Origin: Camelus ferus
Lineage: Eukaryota
Direction: 5' to 3'
Length of the DNA: 64,000 nt
Assembly (NCBI RefSeq): GCF_009834535.1
Contig: NC_045707.1
Span: 54,996,001 to 55,060,000 of the forward strand
The position numbers and the translations under genes are program-made. This document shows, one piece after another, positions 15,101 through 29,500 of this stretch. Under the pieces are notes generated by a model. That model worked only from the letters and a program-made list of their open reading frames with translations, was not told the DNA's origin and searched no databases. The stretch's first letter is position 1, and each line of letters opens with the position of its first letter.

Positions 15101-17149
15101 CTATTCAGCTTCAGATGACTTAAATACAGTTGGACAGATATTATACTAACATCAGTTTCATTTCATCAGGAGAAGGAACATTCTAACAAAACAGAACTAT
15201 CTGAAAATTAAAACTTTTCATTTTTGAAACACTGAGTTTCACTCCCTTAAAATTAAAGCCATTATACAATTAAGCAAATTGATTCTCAATCAGGGTTGTT
15301 GTAGGAGAGAGGAATCCTTATGTGGTCATACTCAGTGACAATTTTCTTTAGCTCTAGTATGTCTGTGCATTTGTGTTTATGTGTAAAGATAGTGTTGCGC
15401 TCACATCTGGGGAGACAGACTATTAGATATGAGAATCAACAGAAGAAAAGAGATGGAGTGTGAGTAGGGCATGGTTAAGGACAAGTGAAGGGATTGCTAA
15501 ATTACATAAATCCAGGTAAATTTAGGGGCTACGTTTTCTTAAGAATTATCAATGCCTTCTTGCGTCCTTTTCAGAAAGTTCAGTAAACCAGATTCCTGGA
15601 ACCAGAGAAAAAGATTGTAAGATGAATGAAAGGATAATAGATAGTAGGGTAAGTAGGAGTAGTGGGAAGAGAATCAGGCAAAGGGGTTGGGGGGTACTGT
15701 CAAGAGAGTGGTTATAGTGATAGACCATGAATGTGCAGCCCTGTGACTTGGGCTATATTGGCTCAAATAGACTGGAAAGAAAGCATAGGAGGAACATAAA
15801 AGTGAGGGATGAGATCAAGTGAGAAACCCACATACTAAAAAGTGGATGTATAAGAAATGATTTAAATATTCCATCAAAGGGAGTAACTTATATATGCTGC
15901 ATAGGATAAAGGAGCAATAACAGTGGTGAGAAAGTTTAATAACCCACCAAGTAGCCCAGACTTCCTGGATTCCAAAAAATGCATGATATCAAAATCTGTA
16001 TGGTATAGTCATATGTTTATTTTTCAAGAAGTTAAAATTTGAAATCTGTCAAGGAGCCAATTAAATGTGCATTTTGCACCAAAGCATGGAAGATGTTTTT
16101 CTTTTCATTGAAAACTCAAGGGAAGCATTAATGTTCTTGAAGAACAGAGGCAAAACACTGTTTTCTGTTTTATCGTTAAAGAACCAGACCCTTCACCAGG
16201 TCAAGTTTTAGAGTCAAGGACAAGTGTTAATGCTTAGTTCAGAGTACTTATAATGTTTTTCCATAGCTAGTAAGATGTAAACCAACTGTCTCTTACTGTT
16301 TAAAACAACCATAAACATACAGAATATGAAACTAATGAGAAATCCCTTGTGCCAAAAATCTCAAGCAATAACTGCAAAATAAATTCCCAAGAGAGACACA
16401 TAAAATAAATAAATAAGTAGAATATCATCCCACTATAGCCATCATCCTTTGTATAATTAGACACTTTAAAGAGCAGGAAACAACTATCAGTTCATGAAAA
16501 ATGATTATAACTGATGTCTGTCTCAAATCAGTAATACTATATTATGAGTACATACACACACACACAACTTAAATCCAGGAAGAATGGAAGATCATATATA
16601 CAATATTCTCATTTTGCAAATCAGGAAATGAGACCCAGAGATTAGATACTATCTAAGTGCAAGCAACTACTTATTAGTTGAATATTTGACTCACAACCTC
16701 TGGTTCTTGTCTCCAAGCTCCAGGGCTACATATGTTATTTGTCTGTTTTCCTTGCTTTATTATATCAGTATATCCTAAAGTGCATATATATTTTGTATAG
16801 ACATTTGAAATCTCTCTAAGTTAATTAATTTTCAATTTTAAAGTATGCAAAACATTTATTAAAAAGTATTCATCTGTGTTATTATAGCTCATGCTGTTAT
16901 TTCTTTGATACTTATTGTAAAAGAGGAACAGGAACAACACATTTAATGTAAACCATTTCCCATTAACTATAATCCTATGAATATCGGATTACATAGATTA
17001 GCAAATGCAACCTTAGGGTTTGTGAAATATCAGTGTCTCCAATTATTCTAAATGGTTTGGAAATTAAACAAAAGTCAATGCAAAGTAATTTTAATTTAAT
17101 TTAGTTCATTGAGTATTTAGTAAGTCTTAGAAAATTAATTTATAAGTCT

Positions 17150-18485
17150 AGTTTTTTTTAACAGACTTAATTTTTTGGAAAAGTTTTAGGTTTACAGAAA
17201 AATATTACACATATAGTGGTTAGAGTTTCCACATTTGCCTCTCCCAAAACACATAGTTTCTCCTGTAACTAATACCATGCATTAGTGCAGTTACAATTGA
17301 TGAACCAATGTTAATACATAACTATTAATTAAACTCCATAGTTACATTAATTTTACTTTGTATTTTACAGTTCTTTGGCTTTTGACAAATGTGTAATGTC
17401 ATGTATCCTCCATTATAAAATCAGATGTCAATACAGAATAATTTCACTGAATACAGAATAATAATTGCACTTAGTCATCTCTTCCCCCACCTCCCACCCC
17501 AAACCCTGTCAAGCATTGATTGTTTTATTGTCTCTATATTTTTGCCTTTCTAGAATGACACAGAGTTGAAATCGTACAGTTGGAACCTTTTCAGACTGGC
17601 TTCTTTAACTTGGCAATATGCATTTAAGAATTTCCCATGTATTTTTGTGACTTGATAGCTAATTTTTTTTTTTTTTAGCACAGAATATACTCCATTGCAT
17701 GTACCACAGTTTTTTGTCCATTTACCTATTGAAGAACATCTTGGTTGCTTTCAATTTAGGGTCATTGTGCATAAAACTGATCTAAGTATCCATATGCAGG
17801 TTGTTGTGTGTACATGAGTTTTTAACTTATTTGAGTAAATATCTAGATTTTAACTGGTGTGATTGCTGGGTTGTATGAAAAAGTTATATTTAGCCTTGTA
17901 AGAAACTGCCAAATTGACTTGCAAGGCAACTGTACCATTTTGCATTCTCATCAACAATGAATGAGAGTTCCTGTTGCTTTGCAGCCACATCAGTATTTTG
18001 GTGGTGTCAGTATTTTGAATTTTAGCCATTCTAATAGGTATGTAGCGGTATATGCAGTGTTGTTTTAACTTGCAATTTGCTGAGAACATGTTGTGCTGAG
18101 CATTGTTTTATATGCTTATTGGACATCTGTGTATCTTCTTTGGTGAGGTGTCTGTTCAAATTTTTTGCCCATTTTTTAATTGCTTTTTGTCGTTGTTGTT
18201 GTTGTTTTACTTATTGTTGAATTTTAGAAGTTCTTTGTACATGTTGGTTACAAGTTCTATAGCAGATATATTTTATAGTTTTTCCCCCAGTCCGTGGCTT
18301 GACTTTTAATTCTCCTAACAGTGTCATACACAGCAGATGTTTTAAATTTAACAAAGCCCAGCTTATCAGTGTTTTCTTTTGTGGAACATGCCTTTGGTAT
18401 TGTAGCTATAAAGTCACAGCCAAATGCAAGATCATCTAGATTTTTCTTACTATTTTCTAGCAGGTTTTTTTGTTGTTGTTTTAAG
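17150..18485 (-). mobile_element. L1MC1-like 3' UTR plus ORF2 C-terminal region, antisense
   Basis: 'ttttaggtttacagaaaaat...ttacaattgatgaaccaatg...cctattgaagaacatcttggttgc...ttagccattctaatagg'; ORFs 17850-18089 (YIPIRMAKI) and 18257-18565 (LLEN...LDDL.FG.DF) are ORF2-like. Confidence 0.9.
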
Positions 18486-18929
18486 TTAAATTCTCTTTTG
18501 TTGAGCCATTTGAGTATATATGTTTCCTCTTGGGCCTCTGACTGATATGGTATGGGACAAATCAAAGGTATTTTCCAAATGGCAGCTATCTTAGCATCTG
18601 AGGGTTTAAATCCAAGTCATATCAAGTGTATCAGAGGAAACAGTTGAGTTAGAAAGTGATTCTCTGAAGAACAAAATATCTGGAATAAACTTAAGTGAAT
18701 GAAAGCTTTGAGAAATTAAAGATGAGGGTGATTCTGTAAGATTAAATAATTAGGTGTGATTAGAGTCCTTTATATCGCAAAACATGCATAAGGGTCAAGA
18801 GCTTTTAATATGTGTTGTTTATGCACATTCTGAGGACTGAAACTATTAAAAGGGAATACTGAAGTAATATAGATTTAGTAATGTCAGCACATCTTTAAGA
18901 ATGAAGAAACAAGGGAAAGTTAGTGGTTA

Positions 18930-19355
18930 CCCCAATCTGGAAGCCTGGAGTAGGGCCTTTGTGGTTCTGATACCAAGAATCTGAAGAGGCTGGCTGGTTA
19001 TAGTTCCACAGAAACTCAGAGGAGAGAGACTGAGGCCCTCAGAGCTAGAACTCAGACCTGAGAGAGAGGTGACCAAGCTGGTGCTGATACCTCTCAGCAG
19101 CACAGACTGGGAAAACTCTGGAAACAGGAACCAGTTCTGCTGTTGGGTATGAAGGCATTGTTGGGAGATGTCATTAAGGATAACAAGTAAATAGGAAGGT
19201 GTCATCCTTCTTATATTCCAGTCTCCCTCTACTTTCTCCACTTAGAACTTAACAAGGAATCAGTTGGGAAGGAAAAAAAATGTAGTTTGCATAGTCACAG
19301 ACTCGACTGTATTGAGCAGAGTATAAAAATGCTGTGTTTGGAGCTGAGAAAAATA
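18930..19355 (-). mobile_element. Ancient LTR78-like element
   Basis: 'aacaaggaatcagttgg...tgtagtttgca...gcagagtataaaaatgctgtgtttggagctgaga' resembles the recalled LTR78 terminus; similar to the copy near 51 kb. Confidence 0.55.
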
Positions 19356-20595
19356 ACTGTTACAGTTTCCTACTGGCTAATCATGGGTAGGAAGAGACTT
19401 ATTAGAGCCTCTGATGTTCCATTGATAATATCAGTATCACGAGCTTGAGTTTCTATTTCATTTTCAAAGAAAATAATCTGTGCTAAATGCTTGCTAGTTT
19501 AACTTCATTTGAAATAGGAAGGAAGATACATCTGACTTAGTAAGATTCCTGCTCTAGTTCACTGAGAGCTGAGTCTGCTATCCAGTCACACAAGGATATC
19601 TGTGTAACACATGTTGAGATATTAACATGATTCTTTTTATCCTCCCATTTTCACTCTTCCATCATCATGGTTAATGTTCTAGTTTAGGTATTCATCAATT
19701 TTCATCTGGATAAATGAATATTTTTCTATTAGATTTCAATAGCCACAGTTTTTATGTTGCTAATGACTTACTATGTCATTCTTCTCAAATAAGAAAAAAA
19801 TAAATAAGAAAAATAAAACATTACCACCGATACCCGAATTTCTATTGATCCCAGGTAAATTACAAATCTATAGCATGGAGTAAAATGCTGTATAAATCCA
19901 TTTGAATTTAACCTTTCCATACTATCTATACTCATTCCCTTACTATGGCATATTCTAGATATAGCAAACTACTACCTCTTTGCAAAATATATGGTACATT
20001 TTTACACATCTTTATCTTGAGTTAGTCTTTCATTATCTTTTAGGTAGTAAATGGCTAGTATCTAGGAGGTCCTCAAGAAGACAATATTTCATTTAAGAAA
20101 ATATATTACACTACAGAAATACAGAGAATTAAGGCCTACTCTTGCGGATTTCAAACTAGTGTCATGGTATAAGAAGGAGGCATAAAAACATAATAGTCAG
20201 TACTTTATAATGATATAAGTAATATCAATAATAAACTCATCACAATGTTAAAATACCAATTATAAATCAGATCCTATACCAACTTTTACACAAATTACTT
20301 TATTTAACTGGTACAACATTGTTATGGGAAATATATAGTAGTGAAAAAATGTATCTCAGAAATCTCAGATAGGTTTTCCAAGATTGAAAAACTAGTAAGC
20401 AGCACCCTTAGAGCATTAGATTCCATTGATCCCAAAAAACTTTGGCCTTAACCACATAGATACTGCTTCTTTCTAAGTGTCTTGAGGGTAGAAGCTATGC
20501 CATTATAGTTTTAATAGCTAACCAGGCAAATTATCAATAGGGAATTGATAAAGTGGATACTAATGTAAGGATAAGGTAAATAACAGTAATCAAGA

Positions 20596-21207
20596 TGTTA
20601 CCAGTAGGAGGAAAATAAGTTACCGCTGTTCTTAGTCACCCAAAAAAAATTTTTTCAACGAGAGACAGCATGATATAAACAAGATTTTATTAGTAAAGTG
20701 AAACGAGAGTAAAATAGCCCAAGAGAGGAAAAACGGCGCAGCTCCTTTGTTTTTCCTGTCTTATATCCTGGCTTAGGGCATTTTTGTGTGTGTGATGATT
20801 GATTGATTCAAGGCTCTGATTCCTTGAGAGCTTAGGCTGACTGATAGCTCATGGTCCTTGTGCTTAGGCTGACTGACAGCTAACATTCCTTGTGCTCAGG
20901 CATGCCCATCCCTTTTTTTGCAGGTTCTTACCCATGATGCACACAGAGAAACCTATGGGAGGGGGCTCAAACTGCAATGTTAATTACATTATAATAACCA
21001 TTGGGTCAGGTTAAGCCAGATCCTTCTCTCTATTGTGCAGCTGCAGCGTTTGATCCTAGGAGTGTTCATTGTTGGCCCCTCATTTATAGAGAGTAAAAGT
21101 TTTTGGAGCCCCTTATGCTGAGCGCAAGTGTACTGTTATTTTCTGGGCAGCTCCCTCCCCTTTCCTCTCTCCTTGCCCTGTTCTCATTTCTATATAACTG
21201 GCTAACA
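20596..21207 (-). mobile_element. Intact ERV1-class solo LTR
   Basis: Termini TGTTA...TAACA; 4-bp TSD AAGA (20592-20595 and 21208-21211); minus-strand AATAAA at 20686-20691 and TATA-like motif near 20760; internal ~32-bp direct repeats. Confidence 0.9.
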
Positions 21208-24200
21208 AAGATAATATAGACTCTAGAGAATGACACGAGGGCTGGGGAAGTCAAAGACCAAGTAAAGCAACAGGATTAAGAGGAAGGGAATGTTCAGGAT
21301 ATTTTCACAGAATGCAGAGAAGACTTGAAGGGCCAGGACAAAAGCAAAAAAAAAAAAATATCCCTAGTAGCTAACAAAGGGGAGGAATGGAAGAAAGGGA
21401 GCTCATGCAGAATATGAATTCAAAAGTAAGATTTTTTCAAAGGCCTCATTTTGGTCTTAATCAATCACTATTGTTCTTGAATACTATAAATTTTAAGGAA
21501 AACATGCCAAAATGCATTCATATATGGGAAAAAAGGAAGAAAAGAAAAGAACTTCTGACTCGGTAGTAAGTACCTGAGATGAACCACATCATTTTATAAA
21601 AGCAGAATTCCTCACATCAACTATGTTTTATTAGAGAATTTTAAATGGCAATTAAGAATGGTAATTCTTTGCTTTTTTAAGCAAGGATTTGAGATTTTCA
21701 TTTTGAAACTTGTATCATATGAGACAATATTTTCAGGACTGATTTCAATTAATGCTTCAAGGATATATGAGAACTACTCACAAAGGAGGTTTGTTCTCTA
21801 CACATTCAAAAATCTTGAGGATACCGTATTTAAAGCAACAACAACAAAAAATTTGAGACAAATTATTTGAGATGAAACCAATAAGTGAAATCTTAATCTA
21901 AAGATGTAATCATATCCATGTTACCAATGAATTTTTTAGTACTTTCCTCTGAATTAAATGATTTTATCTTTTGAAATTGTGTGGCAGAGTGACATATTAA
22001 GTTATTTCTTAGGTATTTTAAAAAATTGAAATACAACCTTAAATATAGATTTATATTAAATAATACCATGTACATTTATTTATTAACTAACTTTATTGAC
22101 CACCAATTATATAGTAGCTACTATAGAAGGAAATCAAAATATTGTTTTATTTATTAAGGAGGTTAAGATCTATGGAAAAATAGATAAGAAAATGAACAAT
22201 TACACACTTGGATAATATTAAATTTGATCTAGACTCTGTTAAATTGTTGTGGTTGAACAAGTGAAGTTTATGAAGTTTCTTCCAATTCTAAAGAATCACC
22301 ATCTGGAGACTATTTCTTGAACTATGATATTTTCTTTACATCTGCAGTCCTCTTAAATCACATAGTGTGGGACACATTTTATTCAGACTGCATACTATCT
22401 AAATACCTACTTGATAATAGTTGACAGTCAAGCATGATTTAGATAGATCTTTTTCTAATGACTAGCTTGTATAATGATAGTCCAGTATGGCAAAATTGTC
22501 AGGTTGTGAATATGAACTCAAAGTCAAACTTCTCCATTCTTTAGTGAAGTAAACAAAAATTTTTTACAAATGATTGGTCATGCATGAAACCTTGAATACA
22601 TGGTTCTCCTCCTATGATGATTTTCTCATCCTTGAACAAAATGAAGTAAATAGGTTAAATCATAGGATCTAAGATGTTAAGAAGATGTATTTCAGTAGAG
22701 ATATTCTCTGTTTATTTGCTAAACATTCGAAAGGGGCAATAGATGCTAACTGTATGTGTTCTATTGAAAATATTCCACATGCTTACCTTGTGTTACTGAA
22801 TTTTGTTAAGTAAATGAAACTGAACATTCTTGTCATTCAATGATTTATAGGGGAATGCAAAAAAAAACTAAGAATTTTTATGTCTTGTGTAGAAAGTAAA
22901 TATTGAAGCACTTAAAGTAACTGTAAATAATCTTAAGGGAAAAGAAAGCTTTTATAAATGAAATTCTACTTGCACTTTGGCTTTATCCATTGGTTACAAA
23001 ACACAAAAAATGTTCAATAGGTAGTAAAATAAAGAGAAGCATTAAAAAGAAAAGCATTGTATATGCCTATTTTATTTTGTGGTAGAGTCATATGTTGCTT
23101 CTCTAAGATTCAAAAAGTGCTTTTTTTTCAAGTTGGTATATTAATCATACAACACATTAATTATAACATGAATGGGTTCCTTAATCAGTAAAAATGATGT
23201 AGTGTTAGGTACCTCTGACATGACGTATATGTCCCACGTGGGATACCAGATGTAAATAATACAACTATATTGTTTGGAGAGCAAAAGTCTTTATAAAGGG
23301 ACAGGATTGATGGCATTGACACTTAGTTTCACATTCCACAAAAGCTTTCCTTTCTTCTTCTCCTCCCTCCCCCACTTCTCTCTTCCTTTTTCTCTCCCTC
23401 CCTCCCCTTCCCTTCCTTCCTTTTCTCTGTATCTTTCCTTCAGAAAATACTTATTGAATACCTACTGTATTCCAAGCACATGTCATATGTGCCTTTTTAC
23501 ATTTTTGTAATTTGGTGAAAGAGAGAGAAGAAACAACATTCAAACAGCTGAACGAAAGAGCTAACTGGTCAAAAGATTCTGCTATGTCATTATTAGAGCA
23601 ACACTGATTTTATAGCAAAAAGAAAAACGCTACTTTTAGTGTTTTTTGGCAATATTCTTGTTACCAAAAAGAATTTGGCTTCCAACTTGACATCTACATT
23701 AATTTAATATCAATAAAACATGAAACATAACCATAACTGTCAAACACAGAATTCTGCCAAATATAATATCTTAATATTAGTACTGTATAGAAAATAAAAA
23801 AGCCATGAAATATTCATATTTTCTTATTTGAATCATATTTCATAGTCTATCCATATGGGTTTACGTTATGAATTACAAAAAAAGGAAGTAGAACTATCCA
23901 AAACATATTCATGCCACAATTTTTGAAGGAAGATACACACAATTTCCTCTTGTTCAAAAATAGTTGTTTGCCTACATGATTCATGAACATCTAGTTAGAC
24001 ATAATAGATCAGTATATATAAACTATGGATAAATGCTAAGTGTTTTTCTCTGTGAATTTCCACTATAATATATACCATAGTAACTTTCTGCCATATATTT
24101 TCAAATGTGATACACCATTTGTCATACAATTATTTTAAATCACTCAATTTTTCTTTTACATATAAAGTAAATTAATAAATGAACAAACTTAAAAACATTA

Positions 24201-24899
24201 TCAATAATGTAATTCAGTAGTTCAATAGTTTGCATGGATATACCTTGCCATGTCTAGATACAATAATCCTAATTATTGTTGAATGAACTAAGGGGAAAGG
24301 AAAGGGAGCTTTACCTATTAAGCTCTTGCTATATATCCTTCTAGTCTGTAACATTTAGTTTACCCAAAAAGTATTACTATATGTTAGGCTGTCTCTCAGG
24401 TACACTAGATACAGCATTAAAACAATTCACAAAGTCTCTTCCCTCAATAAACACACAACCTAGCTGATAGAGAATGAGAATCGGTTTGGAGGAGAAAATA
24501 AAGCAGAATAAAGAAATAGGGAGTCGCAGAGTATGGTTTGGATTTCATTCCAAGTTACTTGTGTCTGTATGCTAGATTCTGAGAGAAGCTGAAATTTGAG
24601 AAAAGGTTTTCAGATTAATGGCCTGGGGGAATGATTTGGACGGAAGTGTGTATTGAATATCACATCAGAACTCCCTATTCCTATCTCTCTAAGCAAATGT
24701 TCACTTCTGGTCTCTTTCTGGAAATGCATTTCTTTATCTGTGAATACTTGAACCTTAGAAGATCTACTTCTATGTACGGATTGAAAGCATCTCCTATTTT
24801 TGTTCACTCTCATAAAATTTGGGCTGGAGTACAGACCATTTTCCTAGATCCATCTTAGCCCATCCAGCTTGGATGAGATATGTAGATAGCTAAATACAT

Positions 24900-25070
24900 T
24901 AATAATAATGTTAATAATACTAGTTGAAGTGTATTGGACATTTACCATGCCAAGTATATTTCTCTGTGCAGTGCATGCATTATCTCTAAATTCTATGGGG
25001 TTAGTAATGTCATTCTCTCCATTACAAAGATGAAGATGTGGAGTAAGTAACTTGCACAAAATTCATATCC
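24900..25070 (-). mobile_element. MIR SINE
   Basis: 'catttaccatgccaag...ctccattacaaagatgaaga...taagtaacttgcacaa' MIR core. Confidence 0.65.
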
Positions 25071-26929
25071 TCTGCAATCTCTCTTCAAAGTTTGCATGCA
25101 GCTAGAAGTTTCTGGATTTTGGTTTCTGAATAGTTAGGCAAACAACACTTTTCCCCATCTATTTTAATTTTTTTACTTCACCACATCAAAAAAAAACCCC
25201 TTCTTCATTCTTGATTATTATAGCTTATGTAAAAAACACCTTCTCACAGTCTAGGTCAGGGGCTTCTATTATTTTCATAGAACTATGGGTTTGCCTTGTC
25301 ATACTTTATGTCAGTTACTTTCTTAATTGCTTTTGGCATTAGACTCTTCAAATCCATCATTATTTTTATTATACTTCAAAATATGAAATAGTCCTGGAAA
25401 ATAACCAGTGTACCCTAAATATTTTAAAGGTGAACAGATTTTTTAAAAAACTGAATTGAATGACAGAATAATGTCCAAGAGAGAAGGCGAGAGACAGAGA
25501 GAGAAGAAAAAATTTGCAGTCATAGAAATTTGAGATTAGATCTATCATTTATATTATTTAAAGCAATTCAAGTATATAAAATATACTAAACTATTTTCTA
25601 ACTTTAAATTTTCAATAACTCAAGGAATAAGGACTGTAATACAATTTTGGCAGGGTCCCAGTTTTATAATCTTTTATCAGAATTAATTTTTGAAAATGTT
25701 GAATATTTATAATACATTAAATATTTATGTTAGATCTAATGATGAGTTTTGATTTCATGTTAGCTTTGTCTACTTGCCATTCTTTCATCATAAGTATATT
25801 CCAAACTCCTAGGGGTATGTGGTATTATTATAGACAAGAGAGATGAGAGCTGAGTAGAGAAATGGAATAGGATAGATTAGAGTTTGGAGAGAGAAAGAGG
25901 AAGTGTGTTTGCATGTGTGTATGTGTCGGGACAAGTGCCGTCTGGATGACAGCAGACCTGAGTTTTGGCAATGGCATCAAATTACAGTAAACTGAGACTC
26001 AGAAAATTTAGTTCCAGGAATCATTTTCAGATTTATATTAATTTTGCCTTTTTCTTTGGTAATGTTAGTTTGTGCCATCAGTTGTATCTTTCTTAAGTAT
26101 CTTCAAATTAGCATTGCTAAGGAAAACTAAATCAATCTTCTTTCCTACTTTTTACACTATTATAGTCCAATTGATATATTTTCTATAATTTATGTAAAAC
26201 ATTTGAGAAATACAAGTTTATATATTTCAATTTGAAATGTGCATTAAGAATATATATATAATTATGTAAATTACATTAAATAAAATTAAAACTATGATGC
26301 AATTATTTTTAACAATTATAGTTTAAAGCAGTGAAAGATTATGGCTTCTTCTGAATATAGCCTCAAAAACTTTCAATTTTAGACATACATTACATTAATT
26401 TGAGATTTTAAACAAATGTATATGATGTGATATTAACTGTTTTTCTTTTATTAGTACTCTATTTTCAAAGGAGTCTTAGATTGATTCCTAATATGTGAAT
26501 AGAATTCTCTAGAAGCCTTCAACACCTGTACTTTAATGTTTTCATTCTATAATTTATTTAGTTCAGTCCCTCAGAGTTATTCACTTGTATGTATACATTT
26601 TTATCTATGAATGTTCCCTGGTATATTTCACATTGGCCTATTTCACTGTTTAATTTTCTCATGATTATCATTTAAAAAAATAATGGCATGGACCATACAT
26701 TTTTACTTTCCAGATACAGTTAAAAATTGTATTTAGGGGGTAAAATATAGAGTATTTGCTAGTTGATTTCTGAGCAGTTTTAGCTGTTTCTCTTTTTTTT
26801 AGGGTACTTTGGTATCCATTATTTCTCTTCAAGTTTCATGTGTGTTAAAGGTGCTGACAACACCTCCAGCTCCATTGATAATCCTATCTGCTCTGACACA
26901 GGTTTCTGTTCAAAGGTGCAATTATACCA

Positions 26930-27292
26930 AAGGCTTATCAGTGCTCTGCATTTCCCTAGAGTCCCTATAAATAGGGCAAGGTCAATCAGAACTAAATCAA
27001 TTACATTTGTTCCTATTTATAGACACACACTCTTCCATCTGATGGTCATGAAAGAGAAGTATGCAGCCCCTATCGCTACATTCTACCCTTGACCCTGTAG
27101 ACTACTGAGCTGAGAGGCAGTACAAAGGAGATGATTGGAAATATTATGACATTACTGAATTAACCAATACAGATATGTCCTTGTCTCTAGACTCTCCAGT
27201 TATATAATGTGTTAATATATTTTTATAATCTTATAAAATCAATTTGAATTGTAATTTTGTGATTATCTTCATCAGAAGACACCCTGACTTAT
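26930..27292 (+). mobile_element. Old MaLR LTR (MLT1J/K-like) fragment
   Basis: 3' part 'tctagactctccagttatataatg...cagaagacaccctgact' resembles an MLT1 end. Confidence 0.45.
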
Positions 27293-28236
27293 CTAAAAAG
27301 TAATTAGATATAGGTTATTCAAGAGTTCCTCCTCTCTTCCTATAAAGGTAAACATTGGATTTTCATTTTCCTTCTATGAACTTCTAGATTCTCTAGAGAA
27401 ACACATCCTGTCCATTATTCTTATGCTTTGGAGGCTTTCAGTACTCAGTGGTCCAGTCTACCCACATCTATCCTCACAACTGCTCATGACTGCTTCCCCA
27501 CCACCCTTGTGAAGCCCCCACCTGCCAAGCAGTTTCTGATGTAGACAGGGAAGGTTCAGAAACATGCTCATTCCAAATCATTGACTTCCTTATCTCACAC
27601 TAAATGAGTTAAAATAAGTTAAACAACTTTTACTTCAATCATGTAGATATTTCAGTATTATTTTATATAGGGAGGATAAGGAGTAGATTTGTACATATTA
27701 TTGAAGATAATTCTCTCATACATTATTTCATTTCCAGTTGTAAATAGAGTGTTTTCCCAGTTACATCTCAGTTTGATAACTAAATGGATCTTTGTCCTTT
27801 GAAATCTCTGTGAAGAAAATCAAGGGCAACTTCAGTAATAAATGATATTAATTAGTTGATAAACTGCCACAGTATGGTTATTATGTATTTCACTTTAAAG
27901 CCATTCTCTAAATAAAAATTTTACACATTCCTTTAATTAAGATTTTTGTTTTGTTTTGTTTTCTAACATTTTATCAAGCTTCTTCTATTGTGTCTGATTG
28001 AATATTTGAATTAGTGAATTATTTTGTAATCAGTTGTTTATATTATTGTTTCTTTGACTAGACCATAAACACTCAAGAACAGGGTATACTTTTGATTTTA
28101 TAGGAATTCCTATTTCTTAGAACAGCTTTGGATCACACAGTAATTGTCAATATTTGTGGAAAACTGAATTAAAGTCCTCACTTTTTTCTTTTACTACCAC
28201 TATTAGGGTTTAGCATGGAGATTATGGGGAGGGGAT

Positions 28237-28695
28237 TGTGATGGACAGAATAATGTCCCCAAGTGTCCTAATCCTCAGAACCAGTGAATATAGTAGATTA
28301 CAGGGCAAAAAGAAATTGTTTGTAGATGGAATTAAGGTTGTTAATCAGCTGATCTTCACATAGGAAGATTACCTGGATTATCTTTGTGGTCCCAATGTAA
28401 TCACAAAGGTCCTTAAAAGTACAAAAAGAAATCATAAGAGTGCCAGAGAGATGGCAGCATGAAAAGACACAGCCCGATTATGCTGGCTTTCTTTTGGAGG
28501 AAGAAGACAAGGACACATATTCTCCCCTAGAGTCTGCAAAAAGGAATACACTTTGCCAACACTTCGATCTTAGGGCAGCATGGTACGTGTCATTCTTCTA
28601 ACCTATAGAATTGTGAGATAATAAATCAATGTTGATTTAAGCTTCTAAATTTGAGGGAATTTGTTTTAGCAGCAGTAGGAACACTAACTCATACA
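28237..28695 (+). mobile_element. MaLR solo LTR (MLT1D-like)
   Basis: TGTG...ACA termini; 'gtcctaatcctcagaac...aattaaggttg...cccaatgtaatcacaaaggtcctt...tctcccctagag...aatttgttttagcagcagtagga'; 5-bp TSD GGGAT/GGGAC (28232-28236 and 28696-28700). Confidence 0.9.
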
Positions 28696-28910
28696 GGGAC
28701 AGTGACAGTTTCCTCTCTCTGTTGACTTTAGAGGAGCTCCTTCTTACTGCCATCCCACTGACTTTTATCTTCTGTGGCCTGAGACATTCTGTGCCATGAA
28801 GCCTCATGACAGAGTTGTCCCCAGCCACATAAACTTGATATCCTTTTCATCCTTTTCATATTGCCCGGCTTTAAAAAATAGTCAATTTAAAGTTAATGAA
28901 GAGACAGTTG

Positions 28911-29500
28911 AAATTTGAAAAGTTACATGCACCCCAATTTCACAGCAGCACTATTTACAATAGCCAAGACATGGAAGCAACCTACATGTCAATCAAAAGA
29001 TGGTTGGATAAAGAAGAAATGGTATATATATACAGTGGAATACTACTCAGCCATAAAAAAGAATGGAACAATTTGCACTTGCACAACATGGATGGACTTA
29101 GACATTATCATGCTAAGTGAAGTAAGTCAGACAGAGAAGACAAATATCATATGATATAAGTTTTATGTAGAATCTAGAAATGATACAAATTAACTTATTT
29201 ACAAAATAGAAACAGACCCACAGACATAGAAAACAAACTTATGGTTGCCAAAGAGGAAAGGGTAAGGGGAGGTATATATTAGGAGTTTGGAACTAGCAGA
29301 TACAAACTACTATATATAAAATAGATAAACAACAAGATCCCCCTGTAAAGCACAGGGAACTATATTCAATAACTTGTAATAACCTATAATGAAAAAGAGT
29401 ATGAAGAAGGCTATATATATAAAAATATGAATAACTGAGTCACTATGCTATACAGAAACTAATACAACATTATAATTGAACTATACTTCAATAAAAAAAG
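28911..29500 (+). mobile_element. 5'-truncated lineage-specific L1 (ORF2 C-terminus, 3' UTR, A tail)
   Basis: ORF 28915-29154 'FTAALFTIAKTWKQPTC...WIKKKWYIYTVEYYSAIKKN...TWMDLDIIMLSEVSQ' is the L1 ORF2 C-terminus; candidate TSD tgaagagacagttg (28897-28910) / tgacgagaaagttg (29502-29515), 12/14 identical. Confidence 0.95.

Noticed and set aside
20820..20901. CRISPR-like repeat array
   Set aside because: Eukaryotic context, no unique spacers, and the repeats are internal to an LTR
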